Notes under the pieces: model-generated
Told to the model about the DNA's origin: nothing
What the model saw: only the letters and a program-made list of their open reading frames with translations
Database searches by the model: none
Position numbers and translations under genes: made by a program
Source of the DNA: Chitinophagales bacterium
GTDB lineage: Bacteria; Bacteroidota; Bacteroidia; Chitinophagales; Chitinophagaceae
Assembly (NCBI GenBank): GCA_038251675.1
Contig: JBBSBD010000003.1
Location: forward strand, 1,322-65,321
Length of the DNA stretch: 64,000 nucleotides
Direction: 5' to 3'
Part shown: in pieces, positions 20,942 through 31,438 of the stretch
Layout: the number at the start of each line of letters is the position of its first letter
Numbering within the stretch: position 1 is the first letter of the stretch

Positions 20942-20964
20942 TCTTTGTAAAAATTAAAAAGCTT

Positions 20965-22401
20965 TTAATATCCCGGATTTTGTGTAAGGTTAGCATTGAA
21001 ATTTACTTCCTCCTGTGGATAAGGTAATTCAAATCTATAATCTCCCACGGGCAGCGATGTGAATACAAATGGAATTCCCCCACCGTTTGCAAGATCTCCA
21101 TCAGTAGCATCCCTCACAACAGGTAGATTTCTTCTTTTCAAATCCCAGAATCTGTCTCCTTCAAATGCAAGTTCTAATCTGCGTTGACTGTATATTTCAT
21201 CGAGTAAAGCGGCGCCGCTCAACATTTCAGGAACATATCCTGCATAGCGGTTCGATTTTAAAAGAACAAGATCAGCCAAGGCAGCATCGGGATTTCCTGA
21301 CCTATAATATGCTTCAGCCCTGTTTAACAAAACTTCTGCAGTCCTTATAACTTTTGCATCTACAACCCCGGCCGGGTCACCAGGTCTTCCATCATATTTA
21401 ATAACATTGTTATAAACCTGGCCATTAAAAGTGCCCTGTTGTATATAAGTAGAGGTACGAATATCGTCGCTTGTATAGAGTTGGGCAAAATCATAAGTGG
21501 CTACATATTCTGATTTCCTTTGGCCTCCTACTGTTTGGTAATAATTGACTCCTTGCGAGTTCAAATTATCCAATTTAGTATTTCTTACTTTGAAGAAAAC
21601 ACTTGTATTTGCAGCAGCATCATCAATCCATATTTTTGGAAAATTAGCGATGTTTGGAATACTCGGAGAGGCGCCCAAAGCGTCGTTAGAAGCAGTAATA
21701 CAAGAAGGCATATCACCTTTATAAAGATAAACCCTTGAAAGCAAAGCTGAAACAGCGGGCTTGTTTAGCCGATAAATACCATTGGTAATCCCGATGAGTG
21801 TTTTAGCTGATTCTAAATCTGCGATAACCAGGTCATAAAAATCCTTCACCGGTATTTTTGAAGGTTCTATTGAAGGATCTGTACTAGTTATGTAGGGGAG
21901 CACGAGATCGCTTGCAGAAGCATTTTCATAAGTTTTTCCGTACACTCTCGACATATCAAAATAAACCATTGCTCTTAAAGCAAGGGCTTCTCCTTTGGCA
22001 TTATCCTTAAAAGCGCCGTCCTCAAAATTGTCAATATTTTCGAGAATCGCATTTGCCCGGCGAATGATGCTGTAGCCGCCAGCAAATAAACCGTAGGTAT
22101 TTTGACCAGTATATCTCCATTCCGAATAGGTGAGCAAAGAGCCGCGACCCGGGCCAGTCTTATTAGGTATCAGGTTGTCGGCAAGTACGTCCGCAATTAT
22201 ATTCCAAACACCTCCAACAAAATAAGAGCCCGATGTTTTTAGACCTGCATACATACCATTAATGGCAAGGGTAACATCAGCCTGCGTATTAAATGCCTGC
22301 GATGTCTCAATCTGGTTATAAGGAAACAAATCCAGGTTGGATTTCTGGCAGGAAGAAAATCCAAGAGCAACTAAAAAAATTAAATATTTTATATTTTTCA
22401 T
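20965..22401 (-). CDS. RagB/SusD family lipoprotein
   Basis: Lipobox FSS-C, GEALALRA, IRTAEVLLNRAEA, RRLELAFEGDRFWDLKR, QNPGY. Confidence 0.95.
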   Translation of the reverse strand: MKNIKYLIFLVALGFSSCQKSNLDLFPYNQIETSQAFNTQADVTLAINGMYAGLKTSGSYFVGGVWNIIADVLADNLIPNKTGPGRGSLLTYSEWRYTGQNTYGLFAGGYSIIRRANAILENIDNFEDGAFKDNAKGEALALRAMVYFDMSRVYGKTYENASASDLVLPYITSTDPSIEPSKIPVKDFYDLVIADLESAKTLIGITNGIYRLNKPAVSALLSRVYLYKGDMPSCITASNDALGASPSIPNIANFPKIWIDDAAANTSVFFKVRNTKLDNLNSQGVNYYQTVGGQRKSEYVATYDFAQLYTSDDIRTSTYIQQGTFNGQVYNNVIKYDGRPGDPAGVVDAKVIRTAEVLLNRAEAYYRSGNPDAALADLVLLKSNRYAGYVPEMLSGAALLDEIYSQRRLELAFEGDRFWDLKRRNLPVVRDATDGDLANGGGIPFVFTSLPVGDYRFELPYPQEEVNFNANLTQNPGY

Positions 22402-22421
22402 CTTTTTTATTTATAAAGTCA

Positions 22422-25400
22422 TTAAAATCTTACATCCACGCCAAAAGTAACCGCACGCAACTGAGGCTGGGCAAAGAGGTTAAATAATCCGGGTGTAATC
22501 AAACTAGTTTCGCCGTTTGATTCCCCTACTTCAGGTAGTCCATGGAATTTTGTTCCTATCCATAAGTTAGTTCCCTGAACATAAAATCTTAAGGATTTCA
22601 TTTTTATTTTCGATGCTATTGATTTAGGTGTGGTGTAACCGATCGTAACATCCCGCAAAGTGATATAATCGCCCTTTTCAAGATACTTATCCGTGTCAAA
22701 AGTCTTTCTTTGAGCGAGATCATTAACGTTTGCATAACGTACAATATCGCCCGGTTTTTTCCAATAATTAAAGGCATCTGTCAACTGGGCGTCGTTAATA
22801 TTTTCACCTTCACTGGCGCCGACCTGATATATATAGTTCATAATATAGTTACCGCCGGAATAGTAAAACTGGGCATTTAAATCAAGCCCTTTGTAACTGA
22901 TAGAGGTACCAAAACTTCCGAACCATTTTACATTAGGCGACTTACCCTTCAAAAGCACAGCATCGCTGGATGAATAAGTTTCTGTAAGGTTGCCATCTGC
23001 TGTATAATACAACTCTTTACCGTTAGAAGGGTTGATTCCAGCCCACCGGTTAAGAAAGTACGTATACGATGGCTGCCCTTCCGTAAAATAGGATAGTGTT
23101 TGCGGAGTGTTATTTGAATATAGTTTCAAAAACTTATTATCATTATGAGAATAGCTTGCAAATAAGTTTACAGTTAGGTCCCGTCCCCGGATAATGTCAC
23201 CATTAAGCGAGAACTCGAATCCTTTATTTTCAAGATTGCCAATGTTGCTTGTGAAGGATGTAAAGCCCGTAGTGTAAGAAACATTTCGCGGATAGATAAG
23301 ATTATTTGTTTTCCTGTTATAATAATCAGCAGCGCCGGATAACCGGTCATCAAAAAATCCAAAGTCTAATCCAAAATCATAGTTTTTATTTGTTTCCCAT
23401 GTTAGATCAGCGTTTGGAAGCCTTGCAGGTACTGCTGCCGGTAAATCGCTGTATTTGGTAGTAAGGGCGTAGGTACCGAGATTATCATACAGTCCTAATG
23501 GAACATTTCCCGCAGTTCCTATTGATGCTTTAAGTTTTAAAGTGCTCAATATTTTTGATTTGAAGAAATTCTCATTTATTATATCCCATGCACCACCTAC
23601 AGCCCAAAAGTTTGCGAATCTCTGATTTGCTCCAAATCTTGAAGATCCATCGCGACGGCCTGTCACATTCAGGTAATACTTTTTATTATAATCATAAGTC
23701 ACATTGGCAAAGTATGATAACAGGGCCCAGTCTGATCTGCTTGTAGTAGCTGTTTGAGCACTTCCCGCGTTATCCTGTGTATTTACAGATGCTGTAGGAA
23801 ATCCCCTTGCGGCCAAAGAATAGCTGTAAAATTTATCCTTAGTGTATTCCTGACCTGCCAGAATAGTAATACTATGTTTTTCTGCAAATGTTTGCTTCCA
23901 TGTCGCTGTATTGGTAATCACAAAAACAAAGTCCCTATTGCCAGCGTCAGACTTTTGGTTATATCCCAAAATTTTTGCAAGGTTAGATCCAGGTTGGAGA
24001 TAATTTTCCTGGCTCAGTGTATTGAAGTTTATACCAATTTGAGTCTTAAAAGTAAGATGCCTAAAGAAATTTGCTTCAGCATACATTGTAGTAAATGTCG
24101 AAACCCTGTCAAGCACACTTGGATTATGGTCTGTTCCTTCCAGAGGAGAGTACCCTGCATGTGTTAAGTTATATGTTGTCCCGTCACTTAAATAAACGGG
24201 CTCATAAGGATTAATTATAAACAATGAAGTATAAGCAGCTTGTGTGTTATATAGGGAGCGCACGTTATTTTCCTTACTATGCGTTACGCCCAGGTCTGTG
24301 CCTAATTTAAACCAATCAAGTGCCTTATATTCTACATTTAACCTTCCTCCGGTCTTATTCCAGTAAGATCCATAAGAAACGCCATCTGTCTTACTGCTAT
24401 TCAAGGAAAAATAATAAGTGAATTTATCATCGGAGCCTGAAAGCGCTACTTCATGAGTTCTAACCCTTCCTTCGGGAAGTAAAATGTTAGACCAACTCTT
24501 CGGCGCCCTGCTTATAGTTAAATTCCACAGATCGCTTCTTTGAGAAGGTGAGATATTAAACAGGTTGCTTCCACCGGGGAAAGTTCCGTTTGCAACACGA
24601 TTGCTTATCATCGTATCAAGAATTGGATTCGTAATGTTTCCTTCATACTCATATTGCAATTTTTCCTGGCCATTCATCAGCTTTATATTCTGGAGATCCA
24701 GTGCATTTGTTTTTCCATATTGAAATGAATAACGTAAAGTTGGCTTACCTCTTCCTTTCCTGGAGCTAATAATAATTACGCCATTTGCAGCCCTTGATCC
24801 GTAGATTGCCTGTGAAGCGGCATCCTTTAGAACACTTATGTCTTCAACGTCATTTGGATTAAGCAAGCTATAGGCCACCGAAGTAATAGGGATGCCGTCA
24901 AGTATTATCAACGGCTCACTTGAAGCATTAATGGAACCTGTTCCTCTTATCCTAATATAACCATTAGCGCCAGGCCTGCCGCTTTGGCCAGTCACCTGTA
25001 CCCCCGTGGCTTTACCTTGCAGTAATTGGGTAAAATTACCGATAGGTTTTTGTGCAATATCTTTCCCAGCTACACTTGATACGCTACCCGTTACCTCCTT
25101 TTTCTTTACGGTCTGGTAACCTAAAATAACAACCTCTGTTAAAGAGTTTGCTGTAACAACTAAAGAAACATCAATGACTGAGCGATCAGCAATTGATTCT
25201 TCCTTTGGCTCCAGGTTTATTCCTGAAAAAACGAGGGTGCCTTTGTCTACGGAAACAGGTAAGGAATAAGTGCCATTTGTTGCAGTAATTGTTCCTGTAC
25301 TGGTACCTTTTAGTTGCACTGTAGCATTCGCAACAGGCACTCCTTTATCATCAGTGACGGTTCCGGTAATCGTTTTCTTTTGGGCAAAACCGGACATCAG

Positions 25401-25442
25401 CAAAAGGAATAGTGATGACAAAGTCAATAGAAATTTTCTCAT
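22422..25442 (-). CDS. SusC/RagA family TonB-dependent transporter
   Basis: VLKDAASQAIYGSRAANGVIII plug motif, RRDGSSRFG, LTWET, C-terminal Phe. Confidence 0.97.
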   Translation of the reverse strand: MRKFLLTLSSLFLLLMSGFAQKKTITGTVTDDKGVPVANATVQLKGTSTGTITATNGTYSLPVSVDKGTLVFSGINLEPKEESIADRSVIDVSLVVTANSLTEVVILGYQTVKKKEVTGSVSSVAGKDIAQKPIGNFTQLLQGKATGVQVTGQSGRPGANGYIRIRGTGSINASSEPLIILDGIPITSVAYSLLNPNDVEDISVLKDAASQAIYGSRAANGVIIISSRKGRGKPTLRYSFQYGKTNALDLQNIKLMNGQEKLQYEYEGNITNPILDTMISNRVANGTFPGGSNLFNISPSQRSDLWNLTISRAPKSWSNILLPEGRVRTHEVALSGSDDKFTYYFSLNSSKTDGVSYGSYWNKTGGRLNVEYKALDWFKLGTDLGVTHSKENNVRSLYNTQAAYTSLFIINPYEPVYLSDGTTYNLTHAGYSPLEGTDHNPSVLDRVSTFTTMYAEANFFRHLTFKTQIGINFNTLSQENYLQPGSNLAKILGYNQKSDAGNRDFVFVITNTATWKQTFAEKHSITILAGQEYTKDKFYSYSLAARGFPTASVNTQDNAGSAQTATTSRSDWALLSYFANVTYDYNKKYYLNVTGRRDGSSRFGANQRFANFWAVGGAWDIINENFFKSKILSTLKLKASIGTAGNVPLGLYDNLGTYALTTKYSDLPAAVPARLPNADLTWETNKNYDFGLDFGFFDDRLSGAADYYNRKTNNLIYPRNVSYTTGFTSFTSNIGNLENKGFEFSLNGDIIRGRDLTVNLFASYSHNDNKFLKLYSNNTPQTLSYFTEGQPSYTYFLNRWAGINPSNGKELYYTADGNLTETYSSSDAVLLKGKSPNVKWFGSFGTSISYKGLDLNAQFYYSGGNYIMNYIYQVGASEGENINDAQLTDAFNYWKKPGDIVRYANVNDLAQRKTFDTDKYLEKGDYITLRDVTIGYTTPKSIASKIKMKSLRFYVQGTNLWIGTKFHGLPEVGESNGETSLITPGLFNLFAQPQLRAVTFGVDVRF

Positions 25443-25561
25443 GTGTGATTAGTTTTATGAAAATTGTTGTGTGGTTGTGGATTACAAGGAAAGCGATAAT
25501 ATCTTGTTCAAGTAACCCCTCTAACGCTTAAGCATGACAATGCAATATCATCGTTCGCTGC

Positions 25562-25747
25562 TTAGGAATCACTTTTATAATTAAAATCGCTGTTTGTTGC
25601 ATTTCTGGTACCTGATTCTATAACTGTAGTAAACGGAACCCGCGCTCCGTCATCATCTGTTACTGTACCTGTGATTACCTTTGATTGAGCTGCTGCTATT
25701 CCTCCACTTAGTAAAAGCAATAGAAAAAGCGTAAGATGTCTTCTCAT
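25562..25747 (-). pseudogene. Truncated SusC N-terminal fragment (signal peptide plus start of the N-terminal extension domain)
   Basis: MRRHLTLF...ITGTVTDDDGARVPFTTVIESGTRNAT aligns with the first ~55 aa of the SusC starting at 30731. Confidence 0.75.
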
Positions 25748-25960
25748 GTGTAAAATTTAGTTTTGTGTGCCTCGTAAATTAGGAATAACTTCTTAAAGAA
25801 AACCTAATTTTCTTAAATAGTTGATATAATAGGCTAATAGAAAAAGACATTCCACGCGTATTAATCGCTGCATATTTTACTGCCGGTTATCAGCAATTAT
25901 AGCTCAAAAAGTTTCTTTGCCCCGGCATGATTAAAAATCTTGCCGCTGATTTTTTATAAA

Positions 25961-25994
25961 ATAAAAGCCGCCCCAAAATAGGAACGGCTTTTAT
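25961..25994 (-). terminator. Intrinsic terminator after the upstream SusD
   Basis: ATAAAAGCCG...CGGCTTTTAT inverted repeat. Confidence 0.7.
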
Positions 25995-26014
25995 AAAATC
26001 AAACCAATAAATTA

Positions 26015-27442
26015 TCAGAATTTATCGAAGAACAATTTTGTTTCAACCATATCACCTCCTATTGCTGAAGCAGCAGCATCATAGTTGGCTGTGTTTAAGT
26101 TTTGCTCATTTACCGGGTAGGTAAATCTCACCGGGAAATCGCTAAGGGCGGAAGCCGGAGCTACGAGTGCCGGATAATCCAGTCTCCTAACTTCAATCCA
26201 ACCGTCCCATCCCCTGTTATATAAAGCAATCCATTTTTGCATACCTATCTTTTGTTTGTAAGTGCCCGTTGCAGTAAAATAATTCACTGATGGTTGAGCC
26301 AGATAGGCCGTAGCCTGTGTAGTATTACCGCCCCAGTATAATATAGAAGCAGACACAGCAGCATTATAGTGCTGAAGAGCGGTGCCACCAACATTGTAAC
26401 CTCTTTCAACTGCTTCAGCTAAAGCAAACTCCATTTCATCGTAGCTTAAAAGCACCCCCGGGAAATCCGCTGCAACTATCTTTTCAGCTGGTTTGGAAAA
26501 AGTAGTATAGTTACTGCTCGCTCCGGGGTTGCCGCCAGAATAACCGCCAGCAAAATCATTGGTGAAATATAATGAAATCCTGGGATCATTTAATGGCGAC
26601 ATAACATCGATAATTGTTTTACATGCGACAAAATCCTTACGCCCACTCTGTACCAGGTCAACCCATATCGGGTTGGTATTGGGCGGCCCTGACTTGTATG
26701 CGAATAAAGCATTGTCAGCATTTGAGGAGAAAACACCTGCAGCCACAGCAGATTCTACAACACTTTTTGCTTTGGCATCGTCGGCATCCGCGAGAGTTAT
26801 TCCCATTTTCAGTTTAAATGAATTGGCAAATAAAATCCACGAGTCAATATCTCCTCCATATATTATGTCTGCTGAACCGTAGCCATCGGCAGTATTATCT
26901 AATGCTGCAATATCTCCATCAAGGCGTGTGAGCAAAGCATTATATACTGCAGCCTGGTCGTCATATTTTGGAGCCGTTGTCGCCTCAATATTCAAGGCAT
27001 CAGTGTATGGGATATTTCCATAGGTAGTTACCAGGTAGTAGTAAGAATATACCTGCAAAATATCAGCCATTGCATCCTGGTTTTTCTTTTGCGCCGCAGA
27101 AATGGTGGGATCTTCAATTTGCTTACTCCGCTCAAAATCTTCTAAAATATCCCTGTAAAGTGCATTCCACATGTTTTGAGGAATGGGCCTGGTCTTCAGG
27201 TCATAGTTACTTTCATCCGTGTAGGTAACTTCCTGCCAATATTGATCAACTAATCTGAAGATATTCAAATTCACATTTGATGATGCTAACAGATCGGATA
27301 AAACATGCTCAGCATTTGTAAATAATGAGGGTGCTGAAACTGATTGGGGTGCTTTTGGGTTTACATTAAGAGATGTAAGATCTTTTTTGCACGACGTAAA
27401 TACCAGTAATGGCAGCAATAATGCTATTAATAATTTTTTCAT
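26015..27442 (-). CDS. SusD/RagB family lipoprotein (SusD-like 2 type)
   Basis: True start MKKLLIALL...FTS-C lipobox; YGNIPY, PKYDDQ, DPR, QKWIALY, RRLDYP. Confidence 0.93.
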   Translation of the reverse strand: MKKLLIALLLPLLVFTSCKKDLTSLNVNPKAPQSVSAPSLFTNAEHVLSDLLASSNVNLNIFRLVDQYWQEVTYTDESNYDLKTRPIPQNMWNALYRDILEDFERSKQIEDPTISAAQKKNQDAMADILQVYSYYYLVTTYGNIPYTDALNIEATTAPKYDDQAAVYNALLTRLDGDIAALDNTADGYGSADIIYGGDIDSWILFANSFKLKMGITLADADDAKAKSVVESAVAAGVFSSNADNALFAYKSGPPNTNPIWVDLVQSGRKDFVACKTIIDVMSPLNDPRISLYFTNDFAGGYSGGNPGASSNYTTFSKPAEKIVAADFPGVLLSYDEMEFALAEAVERGYNVGGTALQHYNAAVSASILYWGGNTTQATAYLAQPSVNYFTATGTYKQKIGMQKWIALYNRGWDGWIEVRRLDYPALVAPASALSDFPVRFTYPVNEQNLNTANYDAAASAIGGDMVETKLFFDKF

Positions 27443-27449
27443 GGTATTT

Positions 27450-30400
27450 TTAGAATTTAAGTTTAACATTAAATGTGAAAGTCCGTGTTGTAGGATATGC
27501 GCCTTCCTGGTATCCTTGAAAGTTACCTGAAGAAAGGATATCCTCCGGATCTGCATAAGGTAAATTTTTATTGATAATCCAAAGGTTTCTACCTATGATG
27601 GAAAGATCAATACCATTTAGAAATTTTGTTTTACTCACCACGCTTGATGGAATTGAGTAGGTTATTACGGCCTCCCTCAATTTTACATAACTCGCATCAT
27701 ATATAAATCCGGCTGAAGGTGCATAACGGTATCCATAAGCGCCGTAGTTAACAGCACTTACTCTGTTTTGATTTGGCTTACCGTCAGCAGTTACGCCTTC
27801 ACGAATAATTCCACCTCCATCAGCCAGTGAATTCCTTAACGGATTCCCTAAATCATTATTACCGGCAGTTTCAGCGGGCAATCCTGTGGCAAGGCCATAA
27901 TACATATCAAGAGAAAAAAGATCGCCACCATGCTTGATATCTATTAACCAGCTTAATGAAAGATTTTTGTATTTCAACGTGTTATTGATACCTCCAATCC
28001 AGTCAGGATTAGGATCTCCTATAACCTCATTAGCTACGGTAGAAGTTTTATACCGGCCATTCGCAAGTACAATTCTTTGATCAGCCGGACCGGAAGATTT
28101 ACCATTTGGATCATTAGGATCATAATACACAAAATTAGTACCGCGAATAGTTCCATAAGGCTGTCCTAAAGTCGCATTGGAAGTACCCCCATTCTGGAAA
28201 GATGCCAGAACAATGTTATTTGTGGGCAAGCCAGTGGCAGGATCATTATAAAGATCAATTACCTTATTTCTGTTCCTTGTCCAATTTGCAGTAAGAGTCC
28301 ATGAAAAATTTTGCGTTTTAACCGGAGTAACATAAGCGCTTAATTCAAATCCATGGTTCTTTACAGTTCCTGAGTTTAGGAACTTTGCACCGTAGCCTGT
28401 AGCAGTAGAAACTGAAACTCCAAATATCTGATCGAATGTTTTCGCTTCATAATAAGACACATCGAATCCTGCCCGTCCTTTGAAAAGCGTAGCTTCTATA
28501 CCAAATTCCGTACTTTTTGTACGCTCTGGTTTTAAGTTAGCATTGGCTTGTGTACTCGGAACCGATGTCTGAGGACTTGACCCAAATGGTGAATTAACTG
28601 TATAAAAAGATAACGTTCTATATGGATCGGTATCATTACCAACCTCAGCATAGTTCGCCCTCAATTTTCCATAAGACAACCAGCTAACATTTGGAAGTAG
28701 TTTTGAAAATATAAAACCGCCGGATACTGCAGGATAGAAGTAAGAATTGCCTCCTTTAGGCAACGTTGAAGACTGATCGTTTCTAAAAGTTGCATCTGCG
28801 ATAAGTAATTGCGCATAAGTCAGGGTAATACCGCCGAATACTCCACCCACTTGCTTCACGCCGTCATATTCTACAGGAGCATTTATTGGGTTTGATGAGT
28901 TTGACAGTGCATAAATACCGGGCACACTTAAGCCGCCATTGGTAGTAGCATAAATACTTGTTTCATGATTTTTTCTCAGGTTAGTTCCTGCTAATACTTT
29001 CAAATTGAAATTAGTAGAAATGTCCTTATCAAAATTGGCTAAGAAATCAAAGTTAGTCTCGCTATAGTTATGATTATAACGTGAATAATATGGAACGCTA
29101 ACGCTTCCTACATTTTGTCTTTCTTCCTGGAGTTCGCTATAGCTATCTAAGGAAACTCTGCCAAGAAAGCTAATTGAATTAGTAAGCTTATAATTTAAGC
29201 TTAGATAACCCATATACCGGTTACGTGTATCAGTCTCAAAATCTTGATACCTGGTAAAATAGGGATTATTCCAATAAATCGGCGTAGGATCCGTAGGATC
29301 CGCAGGATTCCAGGTTACATTTTTCTTTGTTCTGAAATAAGCATCTTTCTGTTCTTTGATATCGGTATTTACCTGCCACCACTGTCTGAAATTACCAGCT
29401 AAATTTTGATCGTCATAACCCGTTCCATAACGCCCCAAGCCGTCAACGTTAGAAAAGTTTACACTGGCAGAAGCCGTAAGCCTATCAGTAATATTAAGAG
29501 AGCTTTGGAAATTTACGAGGTTCTTTACAATTTTGCTATTGGGCATAATTCCATGATCATCGTTTCTTGTATATCCTAAACTGAAAAGCCCTTTATCGGA
29601 GCCCCCCTGCATGGTTATGCTTTGATTGGAAGACCAGGCTCTCTCAAAAAATGTTGAGGGATCGTTGGCCGCGGCAACCCATGGACGTGCAGTTTTGTAA
29701 TAAGGAGAAGATGGATCGAATGCATCCCACTGGTAAACAAGTAAATTAGGATCAAACTTACCTCCGTAAGAGGCATCTTCACTTGTTGGCACAACCAGCC
29801 TTCCATTAGGATCTGTTGCATCGACAGGTGCAAATCCATCATTAGGATCCCTGTAAAGGAAAAAACCACTCTCGTCTTCATAGTATTGACCATAACCACC
29901 ACCATATTGTTTCTGATAGGTTAGGAAAGTAGATTTGTCAATCTTGCCGGTTGTATATCCTGAATTTATTGTGATACCCAGGCCTTTTCTGCCTTTCTTA
30001 GTAGTAATAAGTATTACACCATTACCACCCCTTGATCCATAAAGGGCTGTGGAAGCAGCACCTTTAAGTACTGTTATTGATTCAATATTATCAGGATTTA
30101 TATCTGCAGCTGCATTACCATAGTCATAGCCGCCGCGGCCGGTTTGCTGATTGGTAGAGTTAGTATTCGAATTATCGAATGGAACTCCATCAATTACAAA
30201 CAATGCCTGGTTAGTCCCGGTAAATGATTTTGCTCCTCTCAGAACAACATTTGTAGAAGCCCCAAGTCCATTAGACTGGCGAAGCTCAAGCCCTGAAACC
30301 TTTCCCGAAAGATTATTAATAAAATTGGAGGAACGTTCTTTACTCACCTCGTCGCCCATTACCTGTTGTGCAGCATAAGGAAGCTGGTTCCTGTTTCTTT

Positions 30401-30731
30401 TAATACCTAATGCAGTAGTAATTGTAACAGTAGATAGCTCCTGGGCATTTCTTGTAAGAGTAGCGCGAACTACGTTGCCTTCAGGAGTAACTGAAGTAGC
30501 ATCATAGCCAGTAGCGGTAAAGGTAATGCCGCCAGCGCCTTTCATTTTTAGGGTAAAGTTGCCGTTTGCATCTGCTGTAGTAGCATTACGTGTTCCTGTT
30601 TCCGTAACCGTTGCATACGGAACCGGGGCTCCCGCCTGGTCCGTGATTGTCCCGGATACAGATCGGCTTTGTGAAAATGCCAACACTCCACTGAGCATTA
30701 GCATTACAAATAACGTCAGAAATCTTCTCAT
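27450..30731 (-). CDS. SusC/RagA family TonB-dependent transporter
   Basis: VLKGAASTALYGSRGGNGVILITTKKG, NLKPE, C-terminal Phe; start at MRRFLTLF signal peptide. Confidence 0.97.
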   Translation of the reverse strand: MRRFLTLFVMLMLSGVLAFSQSRSVSGTITDQAGAPVPYATVTETGTRNATTADANGNFTLKMKGAGGITFTATGYDATSVTPEGNVVRATLTRNAQELSTVTITTALGIKRNRNQLPYAAQQVMGDEVSKERSSNFINNLSGKVSGLELRQSNGLGASTNVVLRGAKSFTGTNQALFVIDGVPFDNSNTNSTNQQTGRGGYDYGNAAADINPDNIESITVLKGAASTALYGSRGGNGVILITTKKGRKGLGITINSGYTTGKIDKSTFLTYQKQYGGGYGQYYEDESGFFLYRDPNDGFAPVDATDPNGRLVVPTSEDASYGGKFDPNLLVYQWDAFDPSSPYYKTARPWVAAANDPSTFFERAWSSNQSITMQGGSDKGLFSLGYTRNDDHGIMPNSKIVKNLVNFQSSLNITDRLTASASVNFSNVDGLGRYGTGYDDQNLAGNFRQWWQVNTDIKEQKDAYFRTKKNVTWNPADPTDPTPIYWNNPYFTRYQDFETDTRNRYMGYLSLNYKLTNSISFLGRVSLDSYSELQEERQNVGSVSVPYYSRYNHNYSETNFDFLANFDKDISTNFNLKVLAGTNLRKNHETSIYATTNGGLSVPGIYALSNSSNPINAPVEYDGVKQVGGVFGGITLTYAQLLIADATFRNDQSSTLPKGGNSYFYPAVSGGFIFSKLLPNVSWLSYGKLRANYAEVGNDTDPYRTLSFYTVNSPFGSSPQTSVPSTQANANLKPERTKSTEFGIEATLFKGRAGFDVSYYEAKTFDQIFGVSVSTATGYGAKFLNSGTVKNHGFELSAYVTPVKTQNFSWTLTANWTRNRNKVIDLYNDPATGLPTNNIVLASFQNGGTSNATLGQPYGTIRGTNFVYYDPNDPNGKSSGPADQRIVLANGRYKTSTVANEVIGDPNPDWIGGINNTLKYKNLSLSWLIDIKHGGDLFSLDMYYGLATGLPAETAGNNDLGNPLRNSLADGGGIIREGVTADGKPNQNRVSAVNYGAYGYRYAPSAGFIYDASYVKLREAVITYSIPSSVVSKTKFLNGIDLSIIGRNLWIINKNLPYADPEDILSSGNFQGYQEGAYPTTRTFTFNVKLKF

Positions 30732-30760
30732 GTGTGTTTTATTTAGTTTTAAAAAAGTTG

Positions 30761-30768
30761 CAAATATA
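30761..30768 (-). promoter_or_regulatory. Sigma-A -7 element (TATATTTG) for the SusC/D operon
   Basis: Exact match 29 nt before the ATG at 30731. Confidence 0.6.
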
Positions 30769-31438
30769 TGTTTCCAATAAGACCAACCAAAAAAATTGTT
30801 AATTAATGAAAATTTCACATTAACACCGCAATTATGACAATTGAACACGTAAATCTGCTGCTCAAAATTTAAAATAATATTAGAAAACAGGTATCGTTGG
30901 AGGCTAAACGGCTAAGATTGTCAAAATAACAATACTTGAAGAATGATAGGGTTCAGGTAGTTATACCAGCTATTACCATTTTTCCCACATTTTATACAAA
31001 TGAGCAATTTTTTTTCATATTACTGCTAACAGAATGAGCAATCACTTAAAATACGTTGTGTATATATCAACAATGGAACGGGCTATGGATGCATAGTTGG
31101 CAGGTAAACGATTGATAGAATGCAGAAATGAGAAGTAAATTTTGGCTCTAAAAGAGAGCATCCCGAATCGCCAACATCTTTGCCGTCTGACACATTTTTT
31201 AATTTCAACATATCATCTCTACCCAATTATAAATTGAGGATGGCGTAAGTTATCAAATTCACCTTCTGTCCTGATGTGAGTCATTAACATGCCAACAGGG
31301 ATATTAATTTTTGTAAAAAATATACCCAATGAGGAACACAGTCATAACCACCACACATTATAAAGCCACCAGGAGAAACTGAAATAAATAGAATCAAAAA
31401 AACGTTAGGCAATTATATTATCCATTGATTCTATTCTC

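Noticed and set aside
27443-30848. Long N-terminal extensions on SusD (start 27556) and SusC (start 30848) in the ORF track
   Set aside because: Downstream ATGs give canonical signal peptides, and the longer versions overlap the upstream gene or the promoter.
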